64,000 nucleotides of DNA from Gracilinanus agilis. Its lineage: Eukaryota. The translations under genes and the position numbers were made by a program. Of the stretch, positions 13,275 through 24,958 are shown in pieces (within the stretch, counting starts at the first letter, position 1; the number at the start of each line of letters is the position of its first letter). Where the stretch lies: assembly GCF_016433145.1 (NCBI RefSeq), contig NC_058130.1, positions 492,717,817 to 492,781,816 on the forward strand. Reading direction: 5' to 3'. The notes beneath the pieces are model-generated. The model ran no database searches. It saw nothing but the letters and a program-made list of their open reading frames with translations, and was not told where the DNA came from.

Positions 13275-13735
13275 TTCAATCTTTATTCAACTCCACCAAT
13301 TCTTTCTCTGGAGGTAGATAACACTTTTCATCCTAAGTCCTTGAGAGTTGTCTTGGATCTTTATATTGCTAAGAATAGTTAAATCATTCACAGATGATCA
13401 TCATAAAATATTGCTCTTATTGTGTACAATGTTCTCCTGGTTCTGCTCAATTCACTTTGCATCAGTTCACAAAAGTCTCTAGTCTTTCCTGAAAGGATTC
13501 TGCTCACCATTTCTTATAACACTATCGCATCACAATCATATACCACAACTTGTTCAGCCATGTCCCAATTGATAAACATATCCTCAATTTTCCACTCTTT
13601 ACCACCAGAAAAGAGCTGCTATAAATATTTTTTTACCATTTACCTGTAGGTCCTTTTCCTTTTTTCTCTCATCTTTTTTGGATTCGGACATGACAGTGGT
13701 ATTGCTGAATAAAAGGGTATGCACAGTTTTTTAGA
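13275..13735 (-). mobile_element. L1 fragment (ORF2 end / 3'UTR)
   Basis: ttctgctcaattcactttgcatcagttca..cacaacttgttcagccat..gtggtattgctg, typical reverse-strand marsupial L1. Confidence 0.8.
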
Positions 13736-14389
13736 CATGTAACTGGAATTTCTTAAGGTCTCAGTCTTATTATCAAACTAAGTTAATTTAAAGGAAAAAA
13801 ATTATAAATCATTCTTCAAATAAGAATTTGTTATTTGTTATTAAAAGCTTTCAATGACAACTAAAATATCTAAATCTGTTTTTTCATGGATAAGTACAGC
13901 CTAATTTGCATCCCATTCAGATTATAGCATCAGTAGAAAATATGGGAACACTTAAAAGAACTTTAAAAAAGAGTTTAGAAAGTATCCAGAGGTACAGCAA
14001 GTTTATTCTCTTAAGAATGATGCAAATCCTTTGTTATTATATACATATAAATTCATCCTCAGAAATAGCCACTTGACCAATTGGTTCTAGAGAGGTAGAA
14101 AATGATATGAGGTGTAGTCCTTTTACACTCCTTAAGAAACAGCATTATATTTGTGAGAGAGGTTTAATATTATTGCTGATTTTAAAGACCGTTAAATTGT
14201 GTGTAGTTTTTAAATGTCTGTTGATAAAGTGTAAGTATGGCTTTTTGCAAATCCTTGCAAAATTTAACTTACATAAAGATTATCTTCAAGAAGCTGACCA
14301 GAAACTGATAATTATTTTCCCCACCTCTAACACTCTTAATTTGGGAAGTTTTAAGATGAATCCTAGGCATCATATATACAAGGACAGTT

Positions 14390-15760
14390 ATGATACTATA
14401 TTCTCCTGGTTCTTATGAGACCAACTACTCTCTCTATCTCCTTCAGTGAATCTTCTTTTTCCTGGCCTCTTAAGAGAGAGGGGATTCTTTCCTTCTATAT
14501 ACTCATTCCCTTAGTAAATTCATGTGCTCCTATGACTTCAGTAATCACTTTTATGTTTATGACTCCCAGGTTTTTATTTCTAACCCTGACCTCTCCTCTT
14601 ACCCCTAGGCATACACATTTTCAGTTGTCTAAAGGATACTTCTACCTTGAATTCCTATAAATAGTTCAGATTCAACATGTTTAAACCCAATCTTCTCTTT
14701 CCTGGAAGAAACTATTCCTTCTTCCTTTTGACATCAACATTTCTCTTACTGGCATTATTATTGAATTTCCATCATTCAACATGTAGATGTTTTCTTTAAC
14801 TCTTCTTCACTCAACTTTCATGTCCCATTGATTTCCAAATTCTATACATCAGTTTTAACTCTGTATTTGGATTTCCAAAGCCATTACTCTAGTTTAGGTC
14901 CTATAATAATAATCTAATATTAACTAATATTAAAATTGCCTTTTCTTTTCACAGATATTTTCTAATGGAAATTCTTGCCTCTACTATCTTCTCACTTCCA
15001 ATCTATTATCTCTTCTGCTTCTAGATTTGTCTTATGCATAGATCAGATCACATAATTCCTATAAGATTAAGTGAAATAACTTATGTAGCACTTTGCAAAC
15101 TTTAAAGCACTGAAATGCTAGCTATTACTTATTATTCAAGTTTCTCTTTAGTTGACATTCCAGCCCCTCTACTCTATCTTTCTGACCTTATCTTATCCAA
15201 CTCCTCAGCATTCTCTGTTCCAACCAAATTGAATCAGTTTTCCATGCCCAACGTACTCTCTTACTGTCAGTGCCTTTCTTTATCCTATTCTCCTGTTGGC
15301 GAACTTGTAGCACACATGCTGGGGATATTACTCACATGACATACCCCTCTGCTCAGCATCCCAAATGTGGGCACTTCTTCCCTCCCCTGTCTGGGGTAAG
15401 GCAGGGGGACTCACATGTGGTGTGATGGCTGCAATTTGGGCACTCAGGTCTCTAAAAGATTTGCCATCACTATCCTACTCTATCTGCCTAAGGTACTCTT
15501 TTTTCACCACCCTGTTCCCTCTATATTGAATTGCTATTGATTCCTTAAATACCAAGTGATATTCAACTTCCTACATGTGCTATGACCATTTCTCCCAAAT
15601 CTCAGTTAGTATTTGATTTGCACCTTTTATTTATGCACATAGGCATTATTTTATATTAGTTTTTGTGTAGAAATAACTGTTAGAATGTGAGCTACATAAG
15701 ATCAGAAATGATGTTTTATCCAACTTTAATTCTACCATAATGCCTATAGAAGATTCTATT
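14390..15760 (+). mobile_element. Fragmented L2 relic with MIR and MITE insertions
   Basis: tgactcccagg..ctaaccctgacctctc..ttcaacatgtttaaa L2 motifs; boundaries approximate. Confidence 0.55.
15291..15472. mobile_element. OposCharlie1 (OC1)-derived hAT MITE, about 182 bp
   Basis: Ends tgttggcgaac.. and ..tttgggcactcaggtctctaaaagatttgccatcacta resemble recalled OC1 termini; 8-bp TSD tcctattc/tcctactc (15283-15290, 15473-15480; 7/8 match). Confidence 0.75.
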
Positions 15761-17654
15761 TTAATTTATTTTTTAGATATTTTTATTTTAAAAAATATTT
15801 TTAAATTTTATTTAATTCTACCACATTTACCTATAGAAGATGTTAAATATTCAGTAGATATTGAAAATGCAAATTTAAGCAGTCAGATCTAGGTTCTAAT
15901 GCTATAGGATAAATCATTTAACCTCCTTAGGTCTTTGGTTTCCTCATTTAAAAATTAAAAAATTTAACTATATGATTAAGTTGTTTTTTTTCAATTCTAA
16001 AATTCAATGATGCTGTGATTCTTATCCCACTGTTTACTTCCCCTAAAATAATGTTGATTTTCTTTGAACATATTTATATCATTGAAAGCAAAGTGCCTTT
16101 TTTATCCTAAATTATTTATTCTTTTATTTACTTTAAATGTTATAAGCATGGTTGGAAAGTAACTTTTTATGACAGATGATCTAAAAGGCAAAAAAAAAAA
16201 ATCAAATTGACATTGGTAACATGTGATGGTGATAATCCTTAAGTTTGTATTGATGGGCATCTATTCTATAGGTGGGGATTTTGCTAGACCCTGGTAGCAT
16301 CTCAAAAGTATGATGGTCCATTAAGAAGGTTGTAGAAACAAGACAATGATTTTAAATAACTACATGGCAATTGTTGGCTTTCTGTCTTCAGTTTTATCTT
16401 TTCTGTGTATTCATAATATTTTTTCAATTTATCATTATAAACTTTTTGCAAGTAGTAGCTATTTCTTTTTCATCCTTAATTTTCCAGCATCTAGGACAGT
16501 GCCTTATACATAATAAGAGCTTAATAGATGCTTCTTGTTGTCAATTTTCAGGGCTAGAATATATCTCCAATTTCCCATTTTCCTACTGTCCATAAAATAT
16601 ACAAAATTTGGTCTTCTTATCAATGAGAACAAAAAAGTAAAAAATAAATAATAAAAAACTAAATCATTAATGTTTAAAAATTAGGTCTTTGCTTATAGGA
16701 ATAGCTTTCATAATGTAATAATGCAATACCAGTCAGTCACCATTTATCATGTACCTACAGTGCTCAGAGAACTATGAGAAGTTGGGAAGGAAATAAAACT
16801 CTCTCATTTGCAAAGGAAATAAAACACACTCTCTCATTTGTTGGTGAGTTTCTCATCAAATGGAGTAGATAATAATATATAAATAATATAAATAAAATAT
16901 AAATGATTATATCAAAAAGTAATAAATGAGAAGTTATATATCTCTCTCCAGTTTTAAGATATAAAGTCCTTTTCAAAACTAAATTTATGACACTAATTAC
17001 ATGTGTGTGCATCATTTCTGAGGTGTTTTTGGGAAGAGCATGAGTGGTTGGTGCCCAGGTTAAGGTTAAATGGAAAAAGGTTTATAGAAAAGTGGAAAAT
17101 GGGTAAAAATTCATAGAGAAATAGAAAGTTAAAATATTCTTCAGTGATCTTTCCTTAATCATTCCTTTGGAAGTAGGTATGAAATATGTTACATATTGAA
17201 AACATCTTTTCAGAAATCTATTTTAAAATAGATCTGACTGGTACCATATGTTTCATAAGTAGTACATTCTTTTTTTAAGTAAGATTGGCCCAAGTACTAG
17301 ACATTGGAGTGGGGGTGGGGGGAAGAATCTATGATTCATATATATTCCTTACATAAACTAGGTACTCAGTATATTTGTATTTATTTTATTTTGACTTTGT
17401 CTTAATACTTCTCCTAGTCCAATCCATTTACGCTTTTACAGAAAAAGAAACAGGCATAAAGAAATTTTGACTTATCCAGTTCATTTGTGATAGAACAGAA
17501 TCCAGAATTTACATTTCTTGACTTCTAATCCAGTGCTCTTTCCATTTGATCATACTGTCTTTTTTTTTCCTTAGTTGGATAGGAATATTCAGAAATAATA
17601 TGTCTATAGAGATACTTAGAATAGCTGAATTAACCCAATAAATGCAAAGCAAAG

Positions 17655-17830
17655 TGGCACATTGAAAAAGATACTGGATCTAGAGTGATGTCCTGGGCTT
17701 AAATCTCAGTTCTCCCACTTATTAACTGTGTGAACTAGAGGAAGTCATTTTATCTCTCTGAGCCCTAGTTTCATCTACACAGTGAAGGCATTAGACTAAA
17801 TGATCTGCGGCCCCTTCTAGCTCAAAATAT
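17655..17830 (+). mobile_element. MIR/MIR3 SINE
   Basis: ctggatctagag..aagtcatttt..ctctgagccctagtttcatct..agactaaatgatct..cttctagctc. Confidence 0.65.
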
Positions 17831-18321
17831 CTAACTTAGAGTTTTATATTGTCAAAGTAAACAAAAAAAAAGAATATATTCTTTTCTCTAATTCTTATAA
17901 GTAAAACTTTTGCTAAGTTACCATGCTCAGATTTTTTTTTTTTAGGATAATGCTCCATAGAAAATTTGAAGTGAAAGCAATGAGGCCATTTAATTGAACA
18001 CAGATAAATTTCAATTTAATGTGGACATGTGTACTACTGAGCAAAGGAGACAAGCTTAAGACATATGCACATGTTACTGTGGCTGGTGTTTCAATAGAGG
18101 AGTCTGACTAAATAAGGCAACACACATGAGTTCATCTTATCAACATTTGACAGGAATATAATTTACCAGCTGATACACAGAAGCCCATCTTTTCTATATT
18201 ATCATAAACTTCCTCACATATCAATTTGTTTCATATCTAACATTTATTTGAGCTTTCTAGATTTATATTTTATCCATGTATCTCATTTACTTGGAAAATT
18301 CCAATTAAAATGTAATGCCAA

Positions 18322-18509
18322 GGGGCAGCTGGGTATCTCAGTGGATTGAGAGCCAAACCTAGAGAGACAGGAGGTCCTAGGTTCAAAAGTGGCCTCAGAC
18401 ACTTCCCAGCTTGTGTGACCCCCTGGGCAAGTCACTTGACCCCCATTGCCCACCATTACCACTCTTCCACCAAGGAACCAATACACATAAGTTAAGGGTT
18501 TAAAAAAAT
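18322..18509 (+). mobile_element. SINE1_Mdo, full length
   Basis: ggggcagctggg..ggttcaaa (A and B boxes)..agggtttaaaaaaa; 12-bp TSD atgtaatgccaa at 18310-18321 and 18510-18521. Confidence 0.92.
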
Positions 18510-19744
18510 ATGTAATGCCAACCTCACACATAAGTGAAGGGTTTCACTCATAACTCTTAAAGTAATATGCATGTACTTTTCAGAGAAAGTTGAGCATTTA
18601 TTCTCAGTATTTCTTTTCCTTTTTCCCATTAACCAATGACCCTGACCTAAGTCAAGTGATCAGGACACTGACTGCCAAAGACCTTCAAAATCCTGGAAGT
18701 GAACAGATGGAGTTGCACTCTTATGGTTCCTTCCTTTGATTCTGTGTGTCAGGATGATGGGAGAGAAAGCTGAATTCAAAATTCAGGGATCCACATGCCT
18801 AGTCCTGTTTCCTACCAGTTCTTGGCCACTCTATCCATATGGAGTTGCTGTTCCATATATAAGGAAAGGATTTCACTTTCTAGGAATATCAGCTTAATTC
18901 CTTTAATATGAGAAAAGTGTTTAAAAGGAAGGAAATCCAGGAGTTTGATTCTCATAATGGATATATCACCAATTGTCATTTTTGGTCAGATTAGAATCTT
19001 TTTAAAAAGAAAGAATTCTATTCTAAAGCTTAAAAAAAATCAAAAACCTTGGCAATTATATAGCTATTTTACCACTTTGATACTTTCTTGTACTAGATCA
19101 GAGAATTAAAATGTGAATTCAGGGAAAAGACTTTGATCTGAAAATTGAATTTCAGTTCACTTTAATCTTAAAACATTTTTAAATGCCAAGATTCACTTAA
19201 TTAAAACACCACTAGTTGGTGGGCTGTAGGAAGCAATGGATTTTACTCACATGTTCTTTATGGATTTTGGAGTTTTAAATGCCATTTAAATTTTATTTTC
19301 CTTACCACATCTCAAAATAATTTACAAGGTTAATGGTTCCCATCACACCATCCTAATTTTCTTATCCTCTGGACTAATGGCATAGAAAAATGGGGCATTT
19401 GTGGGGTGGGGATGAAATGACTGATACAGAATGTCTTATCTTGCTAGAGAGACATTATTGGGCAAACTCTCTGGTAACAAACAGTTGCCATGGCTGCACT
19501 AAGTTTAGTGTACCATTTTAGAATGAAATTCTCACTTCTTTCTGCCCTAATGCTATGTCAGATCTTTGATACCAACACAATAGTGGGAGAAAAATGTAAA
19601 GCATTAAGTACTTGTGGAAGACCATACCTCCTTTATACATCGTAGGGGCAGAGAGCATTTTAATATTGTGCCAATATAACTGGTACATGCTCAGGATAAA
19701 TAGATAAATATAGGAGATTAGTGGAAGAAAAAAGGAAGGGGAAT

Positions 19745-20510
19745 AATTCTTTATTAATTTTTTCCTTTTCAATTACATGTAAGGATATTTTTATAATTGT
19801 CATGTCATTTTGAGATACAGATTTTCTCCCTCCCTCTCTCTCCTCTTCTTCAAGTCAGCAGATATTCTGATGTAGGTTATACCAGCACTGTCATGCAATA
19901 TATATTTTCATATTCCTCATGCCATGAAAGAAGACACATATCACACTCATGAAGAAAATAGTGAAAAATGGTGTGCCTTGATCTGCAACTAGACTCAAGT
20001 TCCTTCTTTCACTTTGAACAGCATTCTTATTTTTTTATTGTTTATTTATTTTAAATTTAAGCATTTATGCATTTATTAATATTAATTTTTAACATGGTTA
20101 CATGATTCATGCTCCTACTTTCCCCTTCACCCCCCGCACTCCCCCCACCCATGGCCGACACACATTTCCACTGGTTTTATCATGTGTCATCGACCAAATT
20201 GTTGATAGTTGCATTGGTGTGGTAGTTTCGATTGAACAGCATTTTTAATCATAAGTCCCTTGGGATTATCTTGGAACCTGGCTTTCCTGATAATAGTTTA
20301 GTCCTTCATATTTGATCACTGTATGATATTTTTGTACTGTATACAGTATTTTCATTCTGCTCACTAATTATTGTGTGTTCACTGCATCATTTTATATGTC
20401 TTTACAGGTTTTTCAGAATTCATTCTTTTTGTCATTTCTTATGACACAATAGTATTCCATCACAACCATATACTACAACTTGTCCAACCATTTCCTCAAG
20501 TGATGGATAT
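19745..20510 (-). mobile_element. Old L1 3' fragment containing a nested younger L1
   Basis: L1 3'UTR motifs on both sides of the 20026-20231 insert. Confidence 0.7.
20026..20231 (-). mobile_element. Young 5'-truncated L1 3' end, 206 bp
   Basis: catggttacatgattcatgctcctactttcccc..; 12-bp TSD ttgaacagcatt at 20014-20025 and 20232-20243. Confidence 0.85.
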
Positions 20511-22599
20511 CAGGAGAAGATAGTTTCAAAAACTATAGAATATTACTATGAGAGGAAATTTGGTATAGTAGATAAGGCACTGGGCATGGAATCAGGGAGT
20601 TCTGGGTCCAAACCCTATCTGCAACATTTACTCTGGTTCTGTGTTCCTGGGCAAGTCACTTAACTCTCACCTGGGCCTCAGTAAATTCCTTAGAATTAAG
20701 ATGAGTTATTTGTTAAGCTAATTAGTGTCTAATACAGTGCTTTCTACAAAGTAGGAATATTAACTATTTGTCTGAATAGAAAAAAACTAAGAAGGCTGGC
20801 CAATCTAAATTGTTAAGGAGAGTTAAGGAGAGAACAAGAAGGGAGAATTATAACCTACCTTAGGATGGCCATCTTAAAGAGGTTTTTCAAATTTGTGTAT
20901 GTGTGTGCACATGTGTGCATGTGTGCATGTTTGTTATTTTGGTTTGATTTCTACCCATGAACCAGGAGCATATTTAAATGATTTCAAAAGAGTAAGATTG
21001 GAATAAATTAGAACAATTATGGATTGACATATAATACAGTTTAGAGAATAATATAGGCAAAGATGGGGTAGAATATAGGAAACATTAGGGAAGAGACAAA
21101 GGACACAATAAGATGACACAAAGTTAGAAACAGATTTTCAGATTGAAATTAGGAATATTCTAAAAATACCATAATTTTAAAGAACTGAAAGAGTTAGAGT
21201 CATCTAGTCTTAACAAAAACCCACATGAATCTTCTCTTCTATGACAGAGGCATCGAGTTTATTCATCCACTCTCTACTTAAAGACAGAAAGTCTATTCCA
21301 TTTTTGTACACTTATAAATTGTTAGGTAGTGTTTCTTTTCGTTGATCTGAAATTTGCTTTGTAACTTGGCACTTTCCTGTGGTTATAAGGGAAAGAAGTC
21401 TAATGTCTTTTATGTTTACAGTCTTTCAGATATTTGAAAGAAAGTTAACCAATCTCCTCCAAATCTTGTCTCCTCCAAGTGAAATATCTTTATGTCTTTC
21501 AATCCTCATTTGTCAGAGATTTCAGTCTCTCACATTCCTAGTCATTTTCCCTTGGATGAGCTCCAGCATCTCTCTTTGAACATGTGATATAGAGAACAAA
21601 GCATAGATATATTTTGGCTAATTCTGAGTATAGAAGGACTTTTCCAGGCTCCTTTCTCTGGACACTTCTGTGCTTCACAATGGCCCTGCTTCTGTCACTA
21701 CAAGTCACTGTTTCCCCTGATGAAATCACAAACAACCCCTTCACAACTCATTAGTGTAGATGTGACCAAAAATTTAGCATGTTTTACAGCTCTTTTGAAA
21801 GAAGTTTTTTTAAAAAAACTTTCATATTTTAAAAATATTTATTTAAATTTTTATTTATTTAAAATATTTTTATTTTATAAGGTATAGTTCCATCAATTAA
21901 AGCCAAACGGTCACCCTCAAACACTTGCTTTTTTCCCCTTATACCCATTTCTCTCTCTTTTTTTGTCCCCCACTCCTTTTCTCTTCTCTTTCTTTCTCTC
22001 CCTCTTTTGTATTTTCTATCCCTTCATCAAATTGGCTTTCTGCTACATTGAGGCTTTCCTAAAGGATCTCCCTGATCTTTCCATTAAGTCACAATTGGTC
22101 CAGTGATGAGACAACCTTGTCTTTTACTCTTCCTAATTATGTAAAGATAAAAAGTGCTAACATGTTTATGCAGAGGAAATCCAAAGCTGTTATCTTTTTA
22201 AAACTCCAGATCTGCCTCTTCAATGGCTATCCCTTAGGTATCTTAGCATTTCCCAAACTAAGCTTATTTTCTTTTCACTTAAATAGTTTCTCCTTTCTTG
22301 GTATGTATATAATAAATACATATGATATACATATTGCATATGTATATATATATGTATATATATATACACACAACATATAATTTTCAGGGTTATAAAAGTT
22401 TTGTTTGTTCCTATTTTTATATCAGTCATTTCTGATATATACAACAGCCACCACAATAAATGCTTCTTTTTAGAAGAAAAAAAAGCAGTTAAATAAAAAT
22501 GACCCAGCAACCAAATTTTATAGTGAATAACATTGCCATCTGAAATCCCTGATTTTTCTAGGTGGGAGCAAGGAAGTAAGTCTCATCACCTATAGAATC

Positions 22600-23110
22600 C
22601 AAGACCAAATTACATTTAATCTGAATTCAGGTGCATTATTTCTGTTTGTGTTATTGTAGTTGTTGTATATCATTCTCCTGGTTCTATTTTCTTGCTCTAC
22701 ATTTGTTCATAGAAGTCTCACATATTTCTGAATTTCTCATATCATTGTTTCTTACATTCGTCTTGTTATACATTAATAGTCCATTATATCATATACCATA
22801 ATTTATTTAGCTATTCTGTAATTGACAAACATTCATACTGTTTACAGGGTTTGGGCCCCTCACTCCCAAAATAATGCCCTCCTGTGGTATATGTGCAAAC
22901 TTTTTTTCTGTTTTTAACCTTCTTTGGGTATATACTTAGTAGTGGAACCACTACATCAAAATGTATGAACAGTCTAGTGACATTTCTTGCAAATTTCCAA
23001 ATTATTTTAGAGAACATCTGGACCATTTCACAGTTCCACCAATAAACTTATGAGGATACCTCCCTTCTTGCAGTCCCTCCAACACTGATTCTCTTCTATC
23101 TTTCGTTATC
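22600..23110 (-). mobile_element. Old L1 fragment
   Basis: atcatataccataatttatt..ggtatatacttagtagtgg..ttccaaattatttt..cagttccaccaa L1 ORF2-end motifs. Confidence 0.6.
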
Positions 23111-23199
23111 TTATTGGTACTGAAAATGAACATTGATGCATGTGTAAGAAAGATTGACTACGATGATGTAGGGTCAAAAACTAAATTATACAAAAATTA

Positions 23200-23505
23200 G
23201 GAGAAGTTGTTTAATCTAGGGAAAAGGAAATTTAGAAAGTTTTTTGATTATTACTGTATTTTTAAACTACCATGTAGAAAAGGAAGCACTGAGAACCAGT
23301 TAAGGAAAGGCAGCTTTCCATTTGTTAGAAAATTATTTATATTAGAACTGCTTAGAAGTGGAATAAGATATCTTATGAAGTAATGTGCTCCCTGTCACTG
23401 AGAATGTATGAGCAAAGGCTAAATATCAATCAGTGATATTGTAGAATGAATTGTGTGTTGGTTGATTGGACTAGATGACCCCCAAAGTCCTTTCAAAGTC
23501 ATTGG
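23200..23505 (+). mobile_element. L3/CR1 3' fragment
   Basis: gaagtaatgtgctccctgtcactgag..gcaaaggct..ggactagatgacc..aagtcctttc. Confidence 0.6.
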
Positions 23506-23506
23506 T

Positions 23507-24298
23507 TTATAAAAATATAGACTTGGAACTAGAGGCTGCCAGATCCTTTGTGATCCTGATTGGTGCTCCTTGATATTTGAACTGTCTCTTTCTGGCTTCT
23601 TGTAAGATTTTTTCTTTTGCTTGAAAGCTTTTGAATTTGGCAATAATATTTCTAACCGATTTCTTCTCTGGGTCGAATGTAGTGGGTGTTCTATGAATCC
23701 TTTCGATGTCTATATTGCCCTCTTGTTGTTGTACTTCAGGGCAATTTTGCTGAATAATTTCTTTTAGTACGGAGTCCAGGTTTCTATTAATTTCTGGTTT
23801 TTCTGGAAGACCAATTATTCTCAAATTGTCTCTTCTAGACCGGTTTTCTTGGTCTGTCACTCTCTCATTGAGATATTTCATGTTTCCTTCTATTTTTTCA
23901 GTCTTTTGACTTTGTTTTATTTGTTCTTGTTGTCTTGAGAGATCGTTAGCTTCCAATTGCTCGATTCTAGCCTTTAGGGATTGATTTTCGGCCATAATCT
24001 TCTGGAATTCCTTTTCAATCTGGTCATTTCTGGTGTTCAATTGCAAGATTTTACCTTTTAAACAGTTATTTTCTTGCCAGATCTCTTCCATTTTCCTCAA
24101 AATCTCAGTTTTGAACTCTTCCATAGCTTGTGAGGAGTTTTCCTTATTTGAGGAGGGTCCGGATGCTTGTTTGTTCTCCTCCTCTGTTTGCTCGGTTGTC
24201 TGGATTTTCTCTGTGTAAAAGTTGTCGAGTGTTAAGGGCTTCTTTTTCTTGTTGTTATTCTTTCTCTTCTGACTTTCCTGAGGTTGGGTAGCCATCAT
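23507..24298 (-). CDS. Truncated L1 ORF1p, 263 aa: N-terminus, coiled coil and RRM, lacking most of the CTD; last 8 residues from flanking DNA
   Basis: Uninterrupted frame with ENRSRRDNLRIIGLPE, IERIHR, RNIIAKF and YQGAPIRITKDLA motifs of the L1 ORF1 (Transposase_22) family; expression unknown. Confidence 0.8.
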   Translation of the reverse strand: MMATQPQESQKRKNNNKKKKPLTLDNFYTEKIQTTEQTEEENKQASGPSSNKENSSQAMEEFKTEILRKMEEIWQENNCLKGKILQLNTRNDQIEKEFQKIMAENQSLKARIEQLEANDLSRQQEQIKQSQKTEKIEGNMKYLNERVTDQENRSRRDNLRIIGLPEKPEINRNLDSVLKEIIQQNCPEVQQQEGNIDIERIHRTPTTFDPEKKSVRNIIAKFKSFQAKEKILQEARKRQFKYQGAPIRITKDLAASSSKSIFL

Positions 24299-24958
24299 TA
24301 GCCCAGCAGCTTCTCAGGTTTATCCTCGCGCTCAGTGTCTGTCTGCGGTCTATTGGTACCTGAGGTCTGAGATCTGGTTTTTTCCAAGGTCAAGCCCCCT
24401 AGTGGACCCCCTTGCTTGATCCTCTGCAGGAGGTTCCTTTACAAGTCTCAGGGCGCTGCTTCCACAGTCGTATACCCGTCTGCACTGGTTCCCCACTCAG
24501 GTTTTCAGAGCTTTAGTTCCTGGCTGTGTCTGCCTCCACCCACGCCTCCGCCAGTGCCTGTGTGCTCTGCGCTGGGCGTCCACTCTCTGCCCTCGCGCTC
24601 AATAAGCTCTGGCTTATTGGGGTCCTAAATCTTGCTGCTCTCAGGAACAGGCCCCGGAGCTACTAATGACTCGATGGGTGCCCCAAACTTGCTCTATTTC
24701 TTTTTAGCTGGCTTCAGAGCTATAGATTTTGTGTGTGGAGGGGGTGGGGGTGGGGCAGTTGCTCAGCCCGCGATTTAGTGAGAGCCCTTTATAGCCTGGA
24801 AATGTCTCGATTCCACGTACCTTCCACGCTGTGCCCTGTTGTGGGGTTCCTCCGTTCGTCTGGACTTGTTTTTATGTCCCCTTGAGGAGTTCTGTGTGTT
24901 TCGGTCAGGAGAGGTTAAGAGCTGCTTCTTACTCTGCCGCCATCTTAACCCGGAAGTC
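23535..24958 (-). mobile_element. 3'-truncated, tailless L1 (complete 5'UTR plus about 3/4 of ORF1)
   Basis: Begins at the canonical L1 5' end GACTTCCGGGTTAAGATGGCGGC (minus strand) and ends in ORF1 at ..GATCTGGCAGC; no ORF2, no poly(A); perfect 17-bp TSD tagacttggaactagag at 23518-23534 and 24959-24975. Confidence 0.92.
24299..24958 (-). promoter_or_regulatory. L1 5'UTR internal Pol II promoter, CpG-retaining, with YY1 site
   Basis: AAGATGGCGG YY1 motif about 12 nt from the 5' end; many intact CpGs in an otherwise CpG-poor window; G-tract ggagggggtgggggtgggg at 24737-24755. Confidence 0.75.

Noticed and set aside
14655-14664. Perfect MEF2 consensus CTATAAATAG in a muscle gene
   Set aside because: Single 10-mer inside an L2 relic in AT-rich DNA; no cluster of CArG or E-box sites to support an enhancer
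16787-16840. Imperfect 24/28-bp tandem duplication
   Set aside because: Ordinary slippage product
17216-17233. 18-bp perfect palindrome atctattttaaaatagat
   Set aside because: Short and AT-only in the core; no associated element or motif match
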